Origin: Marsupella aquatica
Lineage: Eukaryota > Plantae > Marchantiophyta
Length of the DNA: 64,000 nucleotides
Direction of reading: 5' to 3'
Assembly (NCBI GenBank): GCA_973895155.1
Contig: OZ316891.1
Coordinates: 4,993,708 to 5,057,707, forward strand
Shown: positions 1 to 13,015 of the stretch, piece by piece
How positions within the stretch are numbered: position 1 is the first letter of the stretch
Layout of the letters: each line of letters starts with the position of its first letter
Translations under genes and position numbers: made by a program
The notes under the pieces: model-generated
What the model saw: only the letters and a program-made list of their open reading frames with translations
Databases searched by the model: none
Told to the model about the DNA's origin: nothing

Positions 1-129
1 CACCGGTGATTGTACTGGGGATACTAGTTCTTCCTCAAACGGTAGCAGCTCCTCAGACTCTCCGTCTGATCGTCGCGATCCTAAAGCTCCATCGACGCCA
101 ATTCTTCCAGTATCCTCCGAGTCACTCAT
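1..129 (-). CDS. Possible start of the retroelement gag ORF (MSDSEDTGRIGVDGALGSRRSDGESEELLPFEEELVSPVQSPV...), truncated by the window
   Basis: ATG at 129 opens a frame that stays open to position 1, downstream of the PBS in element orientation. No diagnostic domain is visible. Confidence 0.35.
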   Translation of the reverse strand, partial: MSDSEDTGRIGVDGALGSRRSDGESEELLPFEEELVSPVQSPV

Positions 130-795
130 ATGAAACAATCACGAAAAAACGTCTTTTTTTGAAACTTCTCATAAAACTCAAAACTCAACACCGTCGCGTA
201 GCCCACAAAGCTAGGAGTCCAATACTGACAGCCAAAATCAAAATCAAAATTCGACGCAAAAGTTATTTAAATTTTGGTCGGGGTGGGTAAAACCTTGGGA
301 AACTCCCCCGTTTTGACCACCTCGGAGAATAACCAAAATACCCAGTACAACTGGTCGTCGGAATCGCGATGTGATCGGTGCGCCGCGTTGCTAACTCCAG
401 TGGCAACGTCCTCGCCGAAAAAGAACAAAAAAGTTACCGTTCGGCAGACGGAATCTTTGTCGAATGGCCAAAAAATAGCTCTCTATTTTTTGGGAATATT
501 CTTGCATAGTCCGACAGGTCTCATAGGGGGCCGTTCCCCTGTCAAAGCGGTTAAAACGGAGGGCGGAAGGTTCCGGCAATCAAGGAGAACAAAAAGAAGG
601 AAAAAAGGTTAAAAATAGGCCCTTAAAAGGGGTGCTAAGCTCCTTAAAACAGAAAATACAGGTGTAACAAAGGCGCACCCTAAACCCTATACGCAAGGCA
701 GGCCAGGGAGTGTATAGGGTATTTAGGCGGGAAAATACAAGGTCGAGGTGCGTTTAGGGTGGTGGCGGGCAGGCAGCTATGGCTGCGGAAGCAGC

Positions 796-872
796 CGGAT
801 ACGGGGTCGGGGGTGTACCATCGTTAGCACGGATACGGCGCGGGGGTGTACCATCGTTAGCCGGATACGGCG
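796..872. repeat. Short tandem repeat (cggatacgg..cgggggtgtaccatcgttagc, about 2.3 copies) in the retroelement leader
   Basis: Directly visible duplicated unit of about 33 bp. Confidence 0.75.
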
Positions 873-1713
873 GCGGGTAAAGCGCCGGCTGGCGCTGCGG
901 ACTGAGCCACGGGTGGGGTATACGGGAGGGTAGGGTGAAAATGGGCGAGCAAAGGGTATGGGGCCGGCCGGTAGTACACACGGAAAAGGCCCTAAAACCC
1001 CCTTTAAAAGCCACAAATTACCCCAAGAAAAAACAATGACCGAAAACACACCTTAACGGCCACCGTTTGCTCGAGTAAAAAGATGACCACTGACGGGAAT
1101 TTGTTGCCGAATTGCACCGGCACATTCTGCAGCTCCAATTGAGTAAACAATTTCCGCTACGTCGTCTTCACTCTGTGTCAAGTGCCAATCCCGGGCTCAA
1201 AATGACCGCCTCGCCGCGATCAATCCGTTGAGCCGTAGCACTTTGTATTTCTTCCACCGAGTCGGATGTCACAAAGAGAAACCTGGTTCAGATGTGAACA
1301 AGCTCCATAGCTTGTGAAAAAACCTGAACGCCTCCTTCGCTCGTCACGACGCACTCGGTAACAATTCGGCAATAATCCTGCTATCGAAACGACCAGCTCG
1401 CTTCAACCTTCAACTGGAGCTAAAATGTGCAATGCCTCCCGCACCACATAGCTGACACCGTTGAAAAACGCAAACTTTGGTCTCTCCCCCGAAATACCGT
1501 CGAACACGAATAAAACCTGAATGACGCAAACTTCAATTCCTCCGCACCACGGATACCGATCAACGAGTTTTAACCACCGTTAGAAAACCCTCTCACTAAC
1601 CTATCCGCTCAGCCACACACATTCGAGTTTCAAGCGACAAAACTCCGAATGTACCATCGACAATGAATGCTGGAAAAACCTGTCATAAAAAAACCTCGTC
1701 ACCTCCCAGGCAT

Positions 1714-1725
1714 GCTCTGATACCA
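1714..1725 (-). promoter_or_regulatory. Primer-binding site complementary to the 3' end of initiator tRNA-Met
   Basis: gctctgatacca on + (TGGTATCAGAGC on -), immediately inside the LTR. Confidence 0.9.
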
Positions 1726-3219
1726 CTTGTTGAGCATAGACGACATTCGCAACGGCAAGCCCATGAACCATCCAACGCACAAGAGTCGACACAGAGAGAT
1801 ACGTGGTTCACCTCCACATGAGGCTACGTCCACGGGAACACACAAGAGCTTTACTGCAATCTAGGCCGATAGGCCATACCAAGCATCCACAGCACAAGCT
1901 CTCCCTATCTCTCAACTAGCTCCGTAACAATGAGCCTAAGTTCCACTAGGGTCTGGCATCGGCCCTGGCTATATACACAATAGCACTACCGCTAACAATA
2001 GCTAAGTCCTAACCCGAGTTAGCCTAACTGTAGTTAGCTCATGAGTCACAAGACTAGAGCAATATCTAACAATTTTATGTTACCAATAAATAATGGCCTA
2101 TGGTTTCATTCTACTTAGTAGATCATTCACTATTGTGTAGATTATTCTCCCGTGTTCGATCCCTACCTTTCTTCTAAGAAAACTATGCAAGGAGGCCAGG
2201 TTTCAAAGTTGTCGGACATGTGTGGATAGGCTCTCACAAATAGGAGGGATAGAAATCAAACATTAAAATTTACTCGGATTGTGCATTTTATTTTACTAGC
2301 CAAAATACCCATGCCTATGCACTTGAAGGGCTCCATGAACCCAGACTCCTCCTGCTGGTAGATTGCTGCCTCTGACTTCACTCTAGTGAGTAGATCATAA
2401 ATTAGAATATAGGTTATTCTCCTCTCGTTTTACTACCCTCCCTCTTAAACAAATAATTAACCGGAGATAACTATAATGCATGATCTAACCTCGAATGAGC
2501 TGGGTGCCCTAGATGTTGCAAGTGGGCCCTAGTTGACATCAAGGTTCAAAGCGTGCCAAGGTTGCTTAGGTTACACACCTCGCTCCCTTTAGGAGAAAAG
2601 AGCATTGTGTGACAGTGAGTGAGCTATTAGAGGAGAGGAGTTTTATGGATTGAAGGGGAAAAGCTGTTTGGCACTAAGTTGAGCAACTGAGGTGAGTGGT
2701 CAGGTTAAGAGCATTCTCACCCACCCTGATAGGTGACAAGACTGGTTCAAATGTGGTGTTGCCTGCCTATCAAACAGAAACAATGTCAGCATTGAGATCT
2801 TTCCGGCCTTCAAATTTTAGCCCCCGCTTGTCACTTCTGGGCTCTGGCTGATACAAACACAACATTGCACCACTATTACCGATATCAGTGTTCCAATTTT
2901 GGAGTCCAAAAGGGTGTGTCACTGCACTGCCGTAAGCAAGGTCTTGCAGCTGTGACTTTTTGGACATAACATCCTTATGGGGCATGTATTTAGGTAACTT
3001 GTGGTGCTTTTGTCCCATAAAAACACTTTATGTCCTTGGCTGGAACTCAATTACGGCCCTACTTTGACAAGCCCTAATGTTCAGGTTTCAGCTTCAACTT
3101 GGATTGCGACTTCCAGATTCATTTGTAGGATGAGTGGGGCTGGTGCCAGAGCATGATCTGGCAAATTCTGCAGGCTCCAATTTGTCTTGCTCCCTGATTG
3201 CATCCACAGATGGTCTAGA

Positions 3220-3568
3220 TGTTAGGATTTACTCTTAGGTCTAGAGTTACGATTGTATCATAGTTAAGGCTAACCTTAGTCGCAGACTTGGTTAGGTTAG
3301 TCATGTTGTGCACACTCTATAACCAAGCGGTATTTTCTTGGAGAGTGAGAACTCAAGCTCATTGTTACGGAGCTAGTTGAGAGATAGAGAGAGTTTGCGC
3401 TGTGGATGCTTGGTATGGCCGATCGGTCTAGAGTGCAGTAAAGCTCGTGTGTGTTCCCGTGAACGTAGCCTCATGAGGAGGTGAACCATGTATCAATATC
3501 TCTGTGTCAACTCTTGTGCGTTGGATGGTTCATGAGCTTGCCGTTGCGATTGTCGTCTATGCTCAACA
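3220..3568 (+). mobile_element. Solo LTR with 5-bp target-site duplication CTAGA
   Basis: tgttagg...gctcaaca, flanked by ctaga at 3215-3219 and 3569-3573. No PBS follows. Homologous to the LTRs at 1728-2071 and 10382-10723. Confidence 0.93.
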
Positions 3569-4712
3569 CTAGATAGGTGTGGATGATCTAGGGGCATTGG
3601 GGAAGGACCAGGACAGAGGTTGTTGGCTTGGAGAATTTTCTTTTGAATATAATAATTCTCTGTTTCAAGCTGCTGTGGGCTATTATAGCCAAAGTTTTCA
3701 AGGGCTATAATTGCCCATAATGCTATGGTAATCTAACATTAATACAATTGAAGGTTTAAAAGATTTTTACTTTTAAAAGTAGAGAGGTTTCATAAAGAGC
3801 TGATCCAAATCTTGACTGCACATTCTTCTTCACAGATGCACTGAAAATTGCAAAGAGCAAAATCACTTAGGGCATTATCATTTTGTTTCTTTTTTCTTCA
3901 CACTTCTTAAATCCCAAATTTCATCTCATGTTCATATTAAGTCTTTGCCATGAGATAGTACAGTAGAGGGTAGAGGACAAATCTCAAAATGCCCTTGGAG
4001 TAAAGTGTGATGGGCATTCACTTCCATAAAGCTCAGAAAATAGAAGAGGGGATAAACCTTGCAGGGATTTAACTCTATAAAGTAAGTGTCTGTTTTGACA
4101 GGGCAATGCCCTGAAAAATGACTGATGTAGCTCGAGTTTTGAGACTAACTCTGGTCACAGGATGTTAATACACTTAGACCCTACTGGAAGAGACTTTTAT
4201 TTTTACTAATGTTAGGAAAAGCAGAGGAGAAATTCCATAATCAACCAATTCAAATCTTGACTGTGAATTCATATTCAGGAAGCACTAAGGCGGAGATATT
4301 GCGGTTTAATTAAGAACTGGTAACATAAGAGAGTAAAATCAGGAAGGGTGTTGTGGTTTAACTAAGTTGAGAAGCTTAACGGCCAACATTGATAATAGCC
4401 TAAGATTCATGGGGGTTTAATTAATCAATTTCCTGGGTCCACAAAGTCTCTGATACACGAAATCACCGTGCCAGCGTCTCAAATCTATCTACCCATCCAA
4501 CTACGTGCCCTCTCGTTACGAGTCTACTAGTGCCCACTCCGTATTCAATCCATGGTACTCAGAAATCTTAGCTGCACGAGAAGAATTGTGACAGTAGCAA
4601 GAGAATCAGCGGATTGTGCTTTGCTGGGGCTGAGGTTTAGATTACAGTAGCAGCAAGAGAATCAGCAGAGCAGAGCAGACTCTGTAACATTCCGTTGGAG
4701 CTGTTGTTGGAG

Positions 4713-7700
4713 ATGGCCACGGTTTCAGCTATGGTGGTCGGGACTGTTCTCGGATCCGTTGCTGCAAGGCAGACGGCTGCAACCCAGGTGTGGATCTCGA
4801 TGGGAGGCCATGGCGAGCGCTCTTTGAGAGATTCGAGGACTGGCCGGTGCCGTTCCCCCCTTTTTTCCCATTTCAGCTGGCTTTCCGATGTTCGTATCTG
4901 CTGTGGTAGTAGTGGCCATTCGAGAGAATTTCTTTTGTGGTCTGCGTGACAATAATGCTTGATCTAGGATGAATCTTTATCTTTGTTGTACCTGTCGGCA
5001 ATTTGTGTTGGGCCGTGTGTACTGTATCATAAATTTTGGTTTTCCGATGGTTTGTTGTAAGTATGTGAACAATAAACTCTAAACCCTGCGGACAGACAGA
5101 CAGACGGAAGGAAGGACGGAAGGGAGGACCTGTTGTTTCTCTAGAGCCCTCCCTAGCTGCGGAATGTTCGACAAATTCAGCTGAAAATGGTAGGCTGTCT
5201 TTTTGAATGTCGTTTCGAATGCTGAGCTCATTGGCTCACATCCAGAAAATAGTAGATAGATATCTCGGGAAGGTTTTTTCTGCAATGAAATTCCTTAGTT
5301 TGAGACGCAAGCAATTGGACTACCTGAAGTGAAGGAAGGAAAACTGAAAAAATGGAAATACAAAATTTTAGTTCTCCGGATCTGGACCCGAACGTTGGAG
5401 TTTCTTCGGCAGATTGTGGGGATTTTGTCATCCCAAGTTTTTGAACCCAGGAGTGCCCTTACTATCAACAAACTCCATTTAGCGAGATTCTTGTTGTTCA
5501 TCAGTTTCCGATTTAGCCTCAATCAATCTGACTGATCCTCAGTACAAGTTGGACAGGGGCATGATGAGATAGTGCAGTGTGTTCAGTTCTTGGACTCTCG
5601 AATGGAAATTTAAATTCGCCAAATCTTATGGATGCAATCGTTGCTTCAGACTATTAGACGAATCTCCAGATTTTTATAGGTCTAAGTGTTCTTATAGACC
5701 TTCTGGCGATTATTTGGTTTGAATACGTACATCAGGACGGGCGAGCCTTTTAACCTCGTACTGTCACTAACTACTTAATCACCTGTTCGTTCACTCGAAT
5801 TCTCGGTTTATTCTGTAATTCAGTCGCTTGAATGACTTCTCGTTCGCTTATGATGAGGAAGTTAAAGGGCATGCGTATGTGGACTACTTGGTAGATTTAC
5901 TGATGGAGGCTCATTTTTGCAGATAGTGGAGCTAATCAACTATCCTTCTCGATCAGTAGGAGACAAGGGCTCGTGTTATCTGCAGTTGTTCCGCTCCTTT
6001 CTACTCTCCAAGGCTTTGGTGTCTTACAATCGGCCAGGGCAGCGACGTAATCTCTCTCGTCCCTTGCCTGAGAGTTTACTGTAGTTCCTTAGGACCAATC
6101 TCTGTCCTGAAATTATCATGGCGTCAACTCAAGTCATTGTCATTAGTAGATTCGCTTTAAATTTTGTTTCAATATTTCTCAAGGCTGACGGATTCCTCAA
6201 ACGTTACAGGGAAGAGGCAATGCGATTGGAGAAGATACGTAGTGAGGTTACTAAAGTCGTGTCACAGGGGAAAGCCGCAGGTGTACTTCGCCTGGCCTTT
6301 CATGATGCTGGCACTTTCAACTTGGGCACAAAGCAAGGTGACTATTGGTTCATCTAAGTTTGATTCTGAATGCGTAGCACCTAAAATGGTGATCAGCACA
6401 TGACCACCTGGTATTCGGAAATTAAGCCCATGAGTATAATCTTTGTGCCCATACAATCTGGTTTCCACTATTGATTGTTTGTAAGCTCAGATTGTGAAGG
6501 TTTTCTGCAAGCAGGGGGCATGAACGGATCCGTTATTTATGAGCTCGATAGACCGGAAAGCACAGGGTTGAAGCGCTCTGTGAGGGTAAGCTTCTATTCT
6601 TGGGTATCATCCATGTAAGAATGACGAAAGAAGCTTAAAGAAATGGAGTTTCTGGAATAATGCTTGGTGCAAACATGGCTAGTCGCTTCAGCTTTCTAGA
6701 ATCTGAATTACTTGTTGGCCATGTCCAGGTATTGGAAAAAGTGAAGACTGCTCTGGAGTCAGAATTTGCGGGTGTGTACTAGGAGATACGTCGACTTTGA
6801 TGTTTGTTTTGCATCGAGCAATTCATGTAGACCCTCAAGGATTCACGAGGCATGGACTACTACCTGACAGTAAAGGTGGTAGTGTGTACATGGCAGTGTC
6901 GTGGGCAGACTTGATTGCTGTTGCTGGAGCAGAATCTGTGGCTATATGTGGGGGACCAAAAATCAATGTGAAGCTAGGTCGGCTGGACTCTTTGTAAGTT
7001 TTCTGCACAACTTGTACACAACTATGATTTGTGCTCATGTGGCAAAACTACAATTAATTCTGCCAAGAAGCAGTGTTTCTCCTGCAAAACATCAAACCTG
7101 TTGTTAAATGTGTTCAATTTCCTCCAACCCTCGAAGGAACTCTCCAAACTAAAGTTGTATTTGAGTAAAACTATGATAGCACGGTGTCCTGTTTTGAACG
7201 TCTTCCCTCTACCACAGATCACAAGATCCAGAAGGACAGATGCCGGAGGAAACTTTGAGTGCAACGGAACTGAAGAAGACATTTCAACAGAAAGGGTTTT
7301 CGTAAGTATCTGGTTTTTCCAAACGAGTGGTGGTTCTTAAATTCAGTGTAGTAACTATTTGTGAGATCGACTGAAGTCGAACATTTGAGGTCACTCAAAT
7401 TCAAATCTTCCAGCTTATTGGGTCGAATTCGAGGCAAATTTGATTGGTTATTGGTGTAGAATGCATTGGAAAGAGACTAGCTATGATTTGCTGTGGAAAA
7501 TGCAGTACCCAGGAAATGGTAGCCCTATCCGGTGCTCACACCATTGGAAACAAAGGCTTCGGAGCTCCAGACTTATTTGACAATACCTACTACAAAGTTC
7601 TAACACAGAAGCCATGGCGTGACTCCAACGGTGATCACTACCTCTGCTTTTGACCCGTGCGTTATCTGAATGTCTAGTTGTCCGTCCCAGGTCAAGAGCA

Positions 7701-8380
7701 AAGTTGTGCATTTAGCTGTCAAAACTCCGAGCTCACTATTACCTAAGCAGGGCAATTTTAGTTGGCACTAAGGAAAAGCTTCTCGAAGGCAACAGAGTCA
7801 TCTGGAGAGAACTGTTTAATTTAAAGATTGGGTACTATGGCTGCAGGAACGGACATGAGTTCTTCCATGGTGGGCCTCGCATCAGATCGTAACCTTACTG
7901 ATGACAGTGAGTGTATGAAGTAAGTTTTGGAATACATTCCAGTAGTTGCAGTTGAAAAAGGCAATGTCCCGTAGTTTTCTTGACTTTTGGCTGGTTGAAT
8001 GTTGGTCGCATTTTGTTAATTCACAGATTTACCTTTCTTTCGTACCTTTAAATACATTTGTGAATGCTCCACCTCAGTCAATGCGGACTTCAAAGCTAAC
8101 GTCTCAAATTCCGTGTTAAAAAAAGATTTTTTTTCATAAACAAAGAAGTTTAGTTCAGATATGATTAGTTACTACAAGTGTACAGACATTTCTCACGTCC
8201 CAAGGATGGGTGGCAGCAGTTTTTTTGAAGAACATTTTAGTGTGTAATTTCTGTCGTTCACAAACATCACTTTTGGAATGCAGGTGGGTGAAGCTGTACT
8301 CAGAGGATGAGGGCAAGTTTTTCCTCGACTTCAGCAGGGCATATCTTAAGCTCGTCAACACGGGAGCACGGTGGGCTTAA
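4713..8380 (+). CDS. APX6: Ascorbate peroxidase-related (APX6/APX-R) class I heme peroxidase, plastid-targeted, about 11 exons
   Basis: Exons approx. 4713-4787, 5096-5188, 5923-6046, 6210-6337, 6515-6585, 6729-6771, 6897-6993, 7219-7301, 7506-7631, 7847-7919 and 8284-8380, all GT-AG. Motifs include GKAAGVLRLAFHDAGTF, GGMNGSVIYELDRPE, VSWADLIAVAG, QEMVALSGAHTIG, FDNTYYKVL and FFLDFSRAYLKLVNTGARW. Confidence 0.93.
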
Positions 8381-9327
8381 GGACCACAAGCCTTAAGACA
8401 ATTTCATAAAATTATGAGCTAATTCTTTGGGCAGATTGGTGGTTTTCTACCTTCCTCTCTTAGTACAGGAAGGTGTGCTTTGTGCCATTGTTGGATAATA
8501 AAAATGTTTTACTATTGAGACGTCAAGCTGAAGGCCTTGATTCCATGAGTGTGTCGCTGAGAGGATCGACATGGATGTGTTTCCTGACAACGTGAATATA
8601 CTTTAATGGTCTCTTGAAGTTCTTGGGAATGATTTACTTTGTATGTGAGCTTCTCTGAATTGCAAAACCTTTTCTAGAAACTCATCATGCTAGGCCCACA
8701 TAGATTGCGAATAAATCCTTGACTAGCGACATAAGAATGAAAAAGAAACCCTTGGGACTGACGTGTTTACGTGTTGCGTTGCTTCGTATTTTCACAAAGC
8801 TGGAATTGTGAATTCAGTCTAGGAAAACAATGGCCCTCATTTGGGTTGAACTAAATAAATACAGTGTAGTTCCAAAGAGGTCTACACTATTATATATAGT
8901 CCAATTCACCCATAAGAGCAGTGACAACTGGGACCGCTTTTATGCATAATTACAACAGCAATTTTGTTTGTTTGTTTGTTTGTAGTGGCGATGTGTATTC
9001 TTATGCAAGACTGGAAAACAGCTTTGTTTTGGAATCCTTGCTCCAATACTTCCCCTTGGAACTCTACAAAGGGAAAAACAGAGCAGGTTTCTGGACCCTA
9101 TAAGCCAAATACTTCCGTCATATATGGGTCTGTTTCCCAAACGTGATGTTGCTCCTTCATCAACTATAGATCCAACGGTCCTTGTTTGTTTGCCAAGAAG
9201 AAACAGACAGAATTTTCCCTGATAGGGATGGTGTTCACCACTTCACCTACTTCGCAAAAATGTTTGAAAAACACATCCCTGGCCGGGACACATTTTATGG
9301 TTGCTCAGACTGTAGAAGCCAGGTCTC

Positions 9328-9450
9328 CATCAAATATGACATATATAGCTTACCACATCATTTCATACCATGATAAACTTCATTATTTTCTTTAAATCCA
9401 TGAGTGCACAGTGTATATTATCACATTTTGATGTGTGATTACCGGCAAGG
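9328..9450 (+). mobile_element. MITE-like dispersed repeat, copy 1 of 4
   Basis: Shares the core ccataccatgataa...ttttctttaaatc.atga.tgcac..gtatatt..cacattttgatgtgtgattaccgg with the copies at 12854, 37166 and 59416. Confidence 0.7.
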
Positions 9451-10381
9451 AGCCGGGCCTGTGGAAAACAAGATTAAAAGTACACAAGTGAATGGCAGGT
9501 CAAAAGTCTTGGGAGCTGGAGATATCATGGACTAGAAGACCCCCCTGGCCTTCTCCTCCCTGGCCCTCTTCCCCCTTCTTGGTGCATGAACACATCAAAA
9601 GCTTTTCAAAACATATTAAACTTTGAGCAAACTGTAAAAGCTTATCTCAGACATCAGCATTATTGTGTCATACAATAATGTCATTTTACATTGGAATCAT
9701 TGTCTGACTTAATTGCATGTCAATATATCATTCATATATTATGCATTTATAGCTTACAGGAGATGTGTAGGACAGGGTCAACTTCCCTAGGCCTCGCACT
9801 TGTACACTTTGACTGTAGATAGATAGACAAATACTTTTTTATACTGCAACACAAGAAAAGAATACCAGAAGAGACCATCGTAATGCAAAGAACCATGGAA
9901 CCCCAAGAAAAAGCCCTAGGTTAAATACTCTAACAAATTGTTGGGACTCAGGTAGGTTTTACATGAGTACAAGGACCCTAAACTCCCCGTTTGCATTTTT
10001 GTCCTTTTGTACTTTGGTGTATACCACAAGCCCGACCACAAGGGGCGCAGTGGGGCATTAAGTCTTGTCCTGTACCAAACCGGTGGCATCCAGAACATCC
10101 CAAATCAAAAGTTAGCATTCCAAAACTATCACCCCAAGGTGGGGCCAGGAGAATCTTGAAAAGAAAAACAGCCTTGAGGCCCACAAGAAGCACCAATGGA
10201 GGTAGTCTTAAAACTTACAAAGGAAACCCCGCCACTATAGGACTTTCATAGGGCACACAAAATGCCAAGGAGGATTGGGTATCTTGGTGGCCCAACCTCA
10301 TGCAAAAAGGAGTCCATTGTTATAGTGAGGATTGGATTTAGTGGAAAAAAATGACCCTAATTAATGTTCCTAAGCAGAGTG

Positions 10382-10723
10382 TGTTGAGCATAGATGACAA
10401 TCGCAACAGTAAGCCCATGAACCATCCAACACACAAGAGTCGACACAGAGAGATACGTGGTTCACCTCCACATGAGGTTACATCCACGGGAACACATATA
10501 AGTTTTACTGCACTCTAGGCCGACCGACCATACCAAGCATCCACATCGCAAGCTCTCTCTATCTCTGAAGCTCTGTAACAATGAGCCTGAGTTCCCACTC
10601 TCTAAGCAAACACCGCTTAATTATAGAGTGTGCACAACATGACTAACCTAACCAAGTCTGCGACTAAGGTTAGCCTTAACTACGGTACAATCGTAACTCT
10701 AGACCTAAGAGTAAATCCTAACA
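10382..10723 (-). mobile_element. Solo LTR with 5-bp target-site duplication GAGTG
   Basis: tgttgagcatag...atcctaaca, flanked by gagtg at 10377-10381 and 10724-10728. It is the reverse complement of the 3220-3568 LTR with some substitutions. Confidence 0.93.
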
Positions 10724-12853
10724 GAGTGAGGCTCTACAGTAGGGCGTCTCAAATACACCCAATTTTCTGTTTTGACTGCGCCCGGGCGTTTGTGGTTTGG
10801 GACAACAATCATGATTGGTTGGGCATGGATTGCAAGGCCCGACCAGTCACACCCGCGACCGTAAGAGGCCCCGATTTCACAGTAAACACAGATTTAGTGT
10901 GTTGTGAGGGCCACTCATTTTTCCTTATTCCAGAAAATAATTGCACGGCTGTACCTTGTTGCAGTGCTCTGAACTCCCTCGCGGGCCTCCCTGAGGTGCC
11001 TGTTTTTTTACATATGAGAACCCTAGTAGTTGGACAATAAGTCTTTCGATTGTCTGTCCACATGTAGGGACAACTCCTGGGCAGGAGGGCAAAAGGAGGT
11101 TAGCAGTAGGGCTTAGAGGGGTAGACTTATGGAATGCCAATGGGCACGTCAAATCAATCCTAATTGGGTCAACAAAATTATCAAACCAACACAAGACAGT
11201 GTGAGCTGGCCCATGACCTTTGCATCATAATTGGTCAATGTAGTGGTAATAGTCTTAGAAGGAACAAACAAGGGGCCTTCATTCACACTCACCTGGGCTA
11301 CGCCATTAACATTGAAAATCAGGGACTAAACATTTATTTAGGAAAAAATACATAACTATAGCACTAATCTACAACACTCACAAAAGTCATGATGCTCTGC
11401 CATTGCATTTATCCTTTGGGTTTTCCTAAACCTCCAGATTCTCCAAAAGGGACAATAAAACAAGGCCTTGCATGAAAAGTCATTGCCAAGAGAAACTCTA
11501 CAGTAGCCGTCATATCTGATCAATCAAACTCTAGCTAACAAAGAGAACAATGCATAGTGGTCACTCAAAATGCCCCAGAGAAGGCAAGGTGCAAGCCTTC
11601 AAATTGTTTAGATCTAAGGAAGGTTTCAGATGTGCATGATTAATGATGAAGGTATGCACTTTAAATAGGTTCATTAATGTCGGCAAGTGTTATTTTTGTG
11701 TTTATTTAGTGCTGTTTTGGTGCTATTGCGGTATGTCACCATCCTAAGTTGCATCAAAGGAATTCAATAGCCATAACTTTTTTTCTTTTTTGGGGGGAAG
11801 GGCCAGACAGGCCAGAATCTTTATTCCAAAAAACGGGAGAGAACGACAAGGGGCCCTGCCTGGGAGGGGGAGGCAGGGAGAAGCAAACAGAAATTAAGGG
11901 GGCTGACAGGAAGGAGCACACCCAGAGAAATGGAACGGCACCACCATCCTGATCGACTAATGGAAGGAGGACGATCAGCAGAGGGGAAGGCGGAGCCCCC
12001 AGAAACCGAAGGCACAGGCAAAACAAACAAGGAACGTGAGAGCCCGGAGAACACCGCAGCAACAGCAACCAAAGCAGAAATACTGGCCGAGGCAAACCAA
12101 GGACAAAGCCGCACTCCACTCTCCACTGGCCACCAATCGAAAAAGATCCCTCCTTCACCAGATGAGCGAAACTCAACCATAACCTCCGCGACCATCACTT
12201 TCAATGATACGAGTCTAGTTCAGAGAGTGCCAGAACAGGGCCATCTTCCATGCAATGAATCCTTCTCCCCGAACAGATGGTGAGGCGCAAATGAACCCAA
12301 TAATATAATCACCGGGAACTATTAAAACCCATCGCAGGAAAGAACCGTAGAGGAATGGCAGTGTTATCAGATAAAAGGAATGACAATGTTATCAGATTAA
12401 AAATTTTTAAAATAGCCATAACTTTGTCCTCTCAAGCTGGCTTGGGCAGATAATTTTAATGCCAATTCAGTATACAAACTTGAAGAAAATCAATTTCCCA
12501 GAACTTTGCAACGTAAGCCTTGTCAAATCTATCAGATGAAATAGAAGGGAAAAGAAACAAAGTGGGATGGACAAAACAAGTGGGTGGGTAGGTTGGTGGT
12601 TGGGTGTGGGGCAGAAAGGGGGAAAGAAATTTGGGGTTGCAATTTTAGATAGGATCAAAAGCAATGCACCAAAATGTTTCTTGTCCTGATGGCCTCAGGT
12701 GGGTCAGAATGGGCCCTTTGGTCCATTTGCATTCAAGGATCTTGCATTTATTTTCTCCAGACCTGACTGTTTTGCTCAGGCAGTTTAACTCTAGAGTACA
12801 GTGGATCTCATGTTTGCCAATTGGTACCATTTGTGCCCCCAATTTTGGGGATC

Positions 12854-12995
12854 CTGGTAGTTGCACATCAAAATATAACTACTACATATATGGTGTATGA
12901 CATTCTTCCATACCATGATAAATTTTGTTATTTTCTTTAAATCAATGAATGCACACCGTATTTGACCACATTGTGATGTGTAATTACCGGCAGGG
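12854..12995 (+). mobile_element. MITE-like dispersed repeat, copy 2 (best-preserved imperfect terminal inverted repeats)
   Basis: The left end ctggtagttgcacatcaaaat approximates the reverse complement of the right end attgtgatgtgtaattaccgg. Confidence 0.7.
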
Positions 12996-13015
12996 AAGTT
13001 CTTATATAGCCCCCT

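Larger units (their letters stand above)
1..2071 (-). mobile_element. 5' portion of an LTR retrotransposon (5' LTR 1728-2071, PBS, long leader), running off the left window edge
   Basis: A 344-bp LTR with TG...CA termini (tgttga...ctaaca) is followed on the minus strand, after 2 nt, by TGGTATCAGAGC (1714-1725), the canonical tRNA-iMet primer-binding site. Two related LTR copies occur elsewhere in the window. Confidence 0.9.

Noticed and set aside
677-690. ccctaaaccct as an interstitial telomere
   Set aside because: These are only isolated 1-2 unit matches (also at 34606, 35925 and 58640), not an array.
11930-12283. 117-aa low-complexity ORF
   Set aside because: It sits within a repeat-rich block and has no domain or splice context to support a host gene. 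It may be a TE remnant.
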